A model generated the notes under the pieces. The model was not told where the DNA came from. It saw nothing but the letters and a program-made list of their open reading frames with translations, and did no database searches. DNA of 64,000 nt. Origin: Eggerthellaceae bacterium (GTDB taxonomy: Bacteria; Actinomycetota; Coriobacteriia; Coriobacteriales; Eggerthellaceae). The DNA lies in contig CAVIKF010000008.1 of assembly GCA_963643505.1 (NCBI GenBank), forward strand, positions 2,363 to 66,362. The letters run 5' to 3'. The position numbers and the translations under genes were made by a program. This document shows positions 60,181 through 64,000 of this stretch, piece after piece (within the stretch, counting starts at the first letter, position 1; each line of letters starts with the position of its first letter).

Positions 60181-61002
60181 ATGGAGCTGGTAGTGCGCGA
60201 CGCCGCGGTTGGCTATGACGCCGATGCCCCGCTGCAGGAGTTTGTGAACTTCGCGGTAAGGAGCGGCGAGGTATGTTGCATCCTTGGACCCAACGGATGC
60301 GGCAAGACGACGCTTGTGCGCACGATGCTCGGCGCGCTTCCCCTGCTCCAAGGCTCGATTTTGCTTGACGGGCGCGATATGTGCGCCATGAGCGCCCGCG
60401 CGATCTCGCGCAAAGTCGCCTATGTCGAGCAACGCCAAGCGTCGAGCCTGCCGCGCAGCGTGCGTGAGACGGTTCTTCTCGGGCGCGTCAACCGCGTGAG
60501 CGGTCTGGGAGGGAGTCCGTCGCGCCGCGACTACAATGCCGTCGACAACGCGCTTGCCGTCCTTGACATCCTGGATTTGGCCGACCGCTCGGTCGATGTG
60601 CTCTCTGGTGGAGAGCTCCAGCTGACGATGTTTGCGCGGGCGATCGCCCAAGAGCCGAAGCTTTTGATCTTGGATGAACCGACGGCTGCGCTCGACTTCG
60701 GAAACGCGGTGGCGGTTATCGAGAAGATCCGCGAGTTTGCGGATATGGGACTAGGCGTGCTGATGATTACCCACAACCCCGATCACGCGTTCATGACGAG
60801 GGCAAACGTCGCGCTGTTCAAAAGGAACGCGCCGATGGTGTTCGGCACGGCGTTCGAGACGATCACGCGCCAAAACATCCAAGAAGCCTACGGAATCGGC
60901 GTGCGCCTCGTCGAGTTTGCCCATGACAACAGCGAGATCATGCGAATGTGCGCACCCCAATTCCACTCGACCGAACAGGGGGTGTGCGATGGAGACCTCT
61001 GA
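60181..61002 (+). CDS. ABC transporter ATP-binding protein (FepC/FecE-like)
   Basis: Walker A is GPNGCGKTT. The signature motif is LSGGELQ. Walker B is LLILDEPTAALD. The H-loop is ITHNPD. ATG immediately follows the upstream TAG. Confidence 0.9.
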   Translation: MELVVRDAAVGYDADAPLQEFVNFAVRSGEVCCILGPNGCGKTTLVRTMLGALPLLQGSILLDGRDMCAMSARAISRKVAYVEQRQASSLPRSVRETVLLGRVNRVSGLGGSPSRRDYNAVDNALAVLDILDLADRSVDVLSGGELQLTMFARAIAQEPKLLILDEPTAALDFGNAVAVIEKIREFADMGLGVLMITHNPDHAFMTRANVALFKRNAPMVFGTAFETITRQNIQEAYGIGVRLVEFAHDNSEIMRMCAPQFHSTEQGVCDGDL

Positions 61003-61969
61003 TTGGACATACGCCTCGCGCCTCGCGCACCTGATTGTCGACAATGTCGAGAGGGCGGTGCTTGGCAAGCGCATTCAGGTCGAGCTCGTAGTCATGGCGC
61101 TCATCGCGGGCGGGCATGTGCTCATTGACGATGTTCCCGGCACGGGGAAGACAAGCCTTGTGTCCGCGCTCGCGCGCTCGATCGATTGCGGGTTTAGCCG
61201 CATCCAGTTCACGCCGGACGTCTTGCCCTCCGATGTCGTCGGGTATTCACTCTACAACCAAAAGGAGCGCGAGTTCGAGTTTCGTGCAGGTGCGGTCATG
61301 AGTAACCTCGTCCTTGTCGACGAGATTAACCGCGCGAGCGCCCGCACCCAGGCAGCGTTGCTCGAGGCGATGGCCGAGCGCCAGGTGACGGTGGATGGGA
61401 CGACCTATCGCTTGGACGAGCCGTTCATGGTGCTCGCGACGCAAAACCCTGTCGACCAGCAGGGGGTCTACGCGCTTCCCGAGGCCCAGCTCGACCGTTT
61501 CATCATCAAGCTCTCGATGGGATATCCCGCCATCGAGGAGGAGATCAGTGTTGCGCTCGGCCAGATCGAGCGGACACAACTTCACGATGTGGCATCAAAA
61601 GACGACATCCTTTTCCTGCGTGACGTTGCCGCGAATACCCATGTCAGTGAGCCGGTGGCACGCTATGCGGTCGAGCTCGTGAACGCGACGCGCGATGCGC
61701 GCGAGCTTGCAGTCGGTGCCTCGCCGCGCGCGTCGATCGGACTTGTCGATATGGCGTGCGCAAACGCGGTCATGCGTGGGCGATCCTACGTGTTGCCCGA
61801 CGACATCAAATATCTCGCTCCCTATGTGCTCGGCCATCGCATCGCGCTGACGCACGAGGCCTCCTCCCTCGGGAGAACCGCGGAGGGTGCCATCACCGCC
61901 CTCATGCGCGAGGTTTCTTCGCCGGCTCTTTCTTCCGTGAAGATCGGGGGGCGCCATGGCCGTGTCTAG
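60989..61969 (+). CDS. MoxR-family AAA+ ATPase
   Basis: Motifs are HVLIDDVPGTGKTSLVSALA (Walker A), LVLVDEINRASARTQAALLEAMAERQVTVDG and VLATQNPVDQQGVYALPEAQLDRF. ATG 60989 (METSDW) overlaps the ATPase gene by 14 nt. The ORF-track start is 60917. Confidence 0.9.
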   Translation: METSDWTYASRLAHLIVDNVERAVLGKRIQVELVVMALIAGGHVLIDDVPGTGKTSLVSALARSIDCGFSRIQFTPDVLPSDVVGYSLYNQKEREFEFRAGAVMSNLVLVDEINRASARTQAALLEAMAERQVTVDGTTYRLDEPFMVLATQNPVDQQGVYALPEAQLDRFIIKLSMGYPAIEEEISVALGQIERTQLHDVASKDDILFLRDVAANTHVSEPVARYAVELVNATRDARELAVGASPRASIGLVDMACANAVMRGRSYVLPDDIKYLAPYVLGHRIALTHEASSLGRTAEGAITALMREVSSPALSSVKIGGRHGRV

Positions 61970-63257
61970 TCGCAAGGCTCCTCTGACCCGCGCGCAGCGG
62001 GATGCGCGCTCTCGCCGCCGCTCCCGCCTTGTCCATGTTCTCGCGGCGGTGCTCATGTTCACCCTCGCTCTAGCGTTTGCCCTCGTTGTGGGAACAAAGG
62101 ACTACCATGCGAGTGCAATCGGATGGATGCCCCTCATTGCTGGCGTGACGATAGTTATCGCCTCCTTGGTCTATCAACGCATCCTCGCGCGAAGCCTCAA
62201 GATTTCCGACCGTTCAGACATCGGACAATGCGAGCGTGGCGAGAGCGTGGCGTTTTGCGCTACGTTCTCGAACGTCTTGCCCTTGCCATGTTTTCGCATC
62301 GACGCGTACTTTTGCGTCAGCGAGCGCGGCGGGCATCGTTTGCGCGAGATTCCCACAACGCTCATGCTCGCTCCGTTTGAGACCTACGAGATGGAGCTGA
62401 CCTGCGACTTCAGTCACGTCGGTACGTATTGGGCAGGCCTTGACCGCGTGGTCGTCCACGACTTTCTCGGCCTGTTCTCTTCGACGGTTATGAGTCCCGC
62501 ACGCCAATCGGTTCAGGTGGTGCCATGCGTCCGCACCATTCGCGAGCTTCCGCTCTCCACCGATTCGGTTACCGAATCCGCGACGGCGGCGAAGGCGACG
62601 CTTGCTGACTCGCTCGATTACGCCCATGTTCGCGAGTATGCCTCCGGCGACCCGCTCAAAACGGTGCACTGGAAGCTTTCAGCGCGCGGGAATGGTCTGT
62701 ATACGCGCCTGTTCGAGGTGTATAGCAATCCGTCGGTCGCCGTGTTCATGCACTTCCATGCTTCCGCAGAGGATTCTGAGGGGCTTTTGGGGATTTACGA
62801 CACCGTCGTCGAGTGTGCGCTTTCGACGCTGCGCTACGCCGTGCGTGTGGGCATAGATGCACAGGTATGTTTCGTTGACCGCTTTGGGCAGGAATGCAAG
62901 AGGAGCGCTGCGGAGGCCTTCCTTGTGCCGGAGCTATTGGCGGGCCTCCCTCTTGCCGGGTTCGACCGCGTGCGTGCGCGCGCCGAGGAGGACCAACTGC
63001 GCCGGGAGGGCGAGTCGATATACGGCAAGTCAAACCTTGTGGTGTGCACCGCCAATCTCGACGAGGGGCTCATCGGCGCGCTGCTTGATGCCCGCGCCCA
63101 CCGCCGGGCCCCGTATCTGTTTGCGGTGGTTCCGAAGGGGCTGGTCGGACGCGAGCTTGAGGAGCGTTGCGCGCTGCTCTCCCGTCTTGACAGCGCGGGC
63201 ATAGGCTACCTCGTGCTCAGCGATTCGAGCGATCTTGAGGGGGCGGATCTCTCATGA
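61956..63257 (+). CDS. DUF58-domain protein (MoxR partner)
   Basis: The N-terminal TM pair is followed by the DUF58 signature DSLDYAHVREYASGDPLKTVHWKLSARGNGLYTRLFE. It overlaps moxR by 14 nt. Confidence 0.85.
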   Translation: MAVSSRKAPLTRAQRDARSRRRSRLVHVLAAVLMFTLALAFALVVGTKDYHASAIGWMPLIAGVTIVIASLVYQRILARSLKISDRSDIGQCERGESVAFCATFSNVLPLPCFRIDAYFCVSERGGHRLREIPTTLMLAPFETYEMELTCDFSHVGTYWAGLDRVVVHDFLGLFSSTVMSPARQSVQVVPCVRTIRELPLSTDSVTESATAAKATLADSLDYAHVREYASGDPLKTVHWKLSARGNGLYTRLFEVYSNPSVAVFMHFHASAEDSEGLLGIYDTVVECALSTLRYAVRVGIDAQVCFVDRFGQECKRSAAEAFLVPELLAGLPLAGFDRVRARAEEDQLRREGESIYGKSNLVVCTANLDEGLIGALLDARAHRRAPYLFAVVPKGLVGRELEERCALLSRLDSAGIGYLVLSDSSDLEGADLS

Positions 63258-64000
63258 CGGTGCGCTCCCGACCCAAGGTGTTTCTTCAGGCGACTCTCGC
63301 GGACTTCGTGCTCGTGTTGGTGGTGTGTGCGACGCTGACGTTCACGGTGTCGTACGGGTTCAACGCGGTCCCCTGGGTTCGTGGCAATATCGTGCTCGAT
63401 GGTTTGGCCTGCGTTCCGATGCTGGTCGCGCTCTATATCGGCGGGTGGTCCAAGCGCTCAGTGTGGGTTTCTGTCGGCGTCTCTGTCTTGGTTGCTGCAG
63501 CGATTCTTGCTGCGGGCGCCGCCCTCATGCCTGCGGGTGTGCCGTTGTTTGTCGACGGCGTCATCAACGATGTTCCGGAAAACTACGTCGAGTTCGGCTT
63601 CGTGGTGATAGCGGTCCCCGTTGCCGTCTATCTGCTCTCACGCCGTCCCGCACTTTGTCTTGTTCTTATTGTGGCGGTTGCGTTGAGTTGTGGGTGTGTG
63701 CAATTCCTCTATCGCGATTGGGCTGACGGGCTCTATGGCTTGCCGGTGTTCTTCGTGGCTCTCTCGGGATCTTTTGCCCTGCTCGTGTTCCAACGGTTCC
63801 GCTCCAACGCGCGTCTCGTAGACCGCGCGCGGCGATTCTCGTTTGGCGGCGCTGCGGCCACATCCGCCCTCGTGGGTGTCGTGTGCAGCGCGGTGGGCTT
63901 GGTGCTTTTCCTGCTTATCGTCAACCCCATCGGGTTGGAGACGCCGCATCTCAAGTTGTTCCAGGAGACGTATAAGCCACCGGTGGTGGAGTACACCGGC
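63254..64000 (+). CDS. Polytopic membrane protein, 3' end outside window (position expected for the transglutaminase-like partner of MoxR/DUF58)
   Basis: This gene is absent from the ORF track because it has no stop in the window. ATG 63254 overlaps the DUF58 stop (ATGA). The frame stays open for 249 codons to nt 64000 and reads MTVRSRPKVFLQATLADFVLVLVVCATLTF... with at least 6 hydrophobic segments. The transglutaminase assignment rests on operon convention only. Confidence 0.65.
   Translation, partial: MTVRSRPKVFLQATLADFVLVLVVCATLTFTVSYGFNAVPWVRGNIVLDGLACVPMLVALYIGGWSKRSVWVSVGVSVLVAAAILAAGAALMPAGVPLFVDGVINDVPENYVEFGFVVIAVPVAVYLLSRRPALCLVLIVAVALSCGCVQFLYRDWADGLYGLPVFFVALSGSFALLVFQRFRSNARLVDRARRFSFGGAAATSALVGVVCSAVGLVLFLLIVNPIGLETPHLKLFQETYKPPVVEYTG

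Noticed and set aside
63235-63726. 163-aa ORF from the track (MRGRISHDGALPTQ...).
   Set aside because: It is Arg/Cys/Gly-rich and out of frame with the much more plausible open frame starting at ATG 63254. That frame encodes regular TM segments and is start-stop coupled (ATGA) to the DUF58 gene.

Overview
High-GC Gram-positive sequence that looks actinobacterial; my guess of Coriobacteriia is inference only. It holds about 30 protein-coding genes. I recognised no rRNA, tRNA, CRISPR array, transposase or integrase. All domain calls come from reading motifs by eye; no searches were run.

Layout:
1. 1-18.8 kb: four same-strand genes for very large secreted proteins. Three of them (953, 3113 and 1215 aa) combine GLUG-like beta-helix modules with a C-terminal dockerin-like double Ca-loop module. 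The 3113-aa protein begins with a subtilisin S8 protease.
2. 18.9-25.2 kb: five envelope or membrane genes. These are a hypothetical protein, a PGPGW-like protein, a Wzx-like flippase with an odd repetitive N-terminal tail, a double zinc-ribbon protein and a TPM-domain protein.
3. 25.4-35.9 kb: a visibly AT-richer signalling block. It encodes an HPt protein, a hybrid histidine kinase, a GGDEF cyclase, a REC-HD-GYP phosphodiesterase, an SBP-like lipoprotein, a second hybrid kinase (Cache-like sensor, pseudo-receiver plus receiver) and a YfcE-type phosphoesterase. Two copies of a ~62-nt element bracket it, and a decayed copy of the yfcE 3' end follows it.
4. 36.2-41.1 kb (minus strand): a 1614-aa protein with a Tat signal and unknown function.
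5. 41.3-51.7 kb: housekeeping genes, namely an isochorismatase-family hydrolase, cysK, an arylamine N-acetyltransferase, gltD-gltB and moeA.
6. 51.9-64.0 kb: a seven-gene chain with abutting or overlapping stop and start codons. It comprises a 1907-aa surface protein, two FecCD permeases plus an ATPase (no binding protein), a MoxR ATPase, a DUF58 protein and a polytopic membrane protein that runs off the window.

Intergenic leaders are unusually rich in short tandem repeats, and a REP-like palindrome recurs downstream of two of the giant genes.
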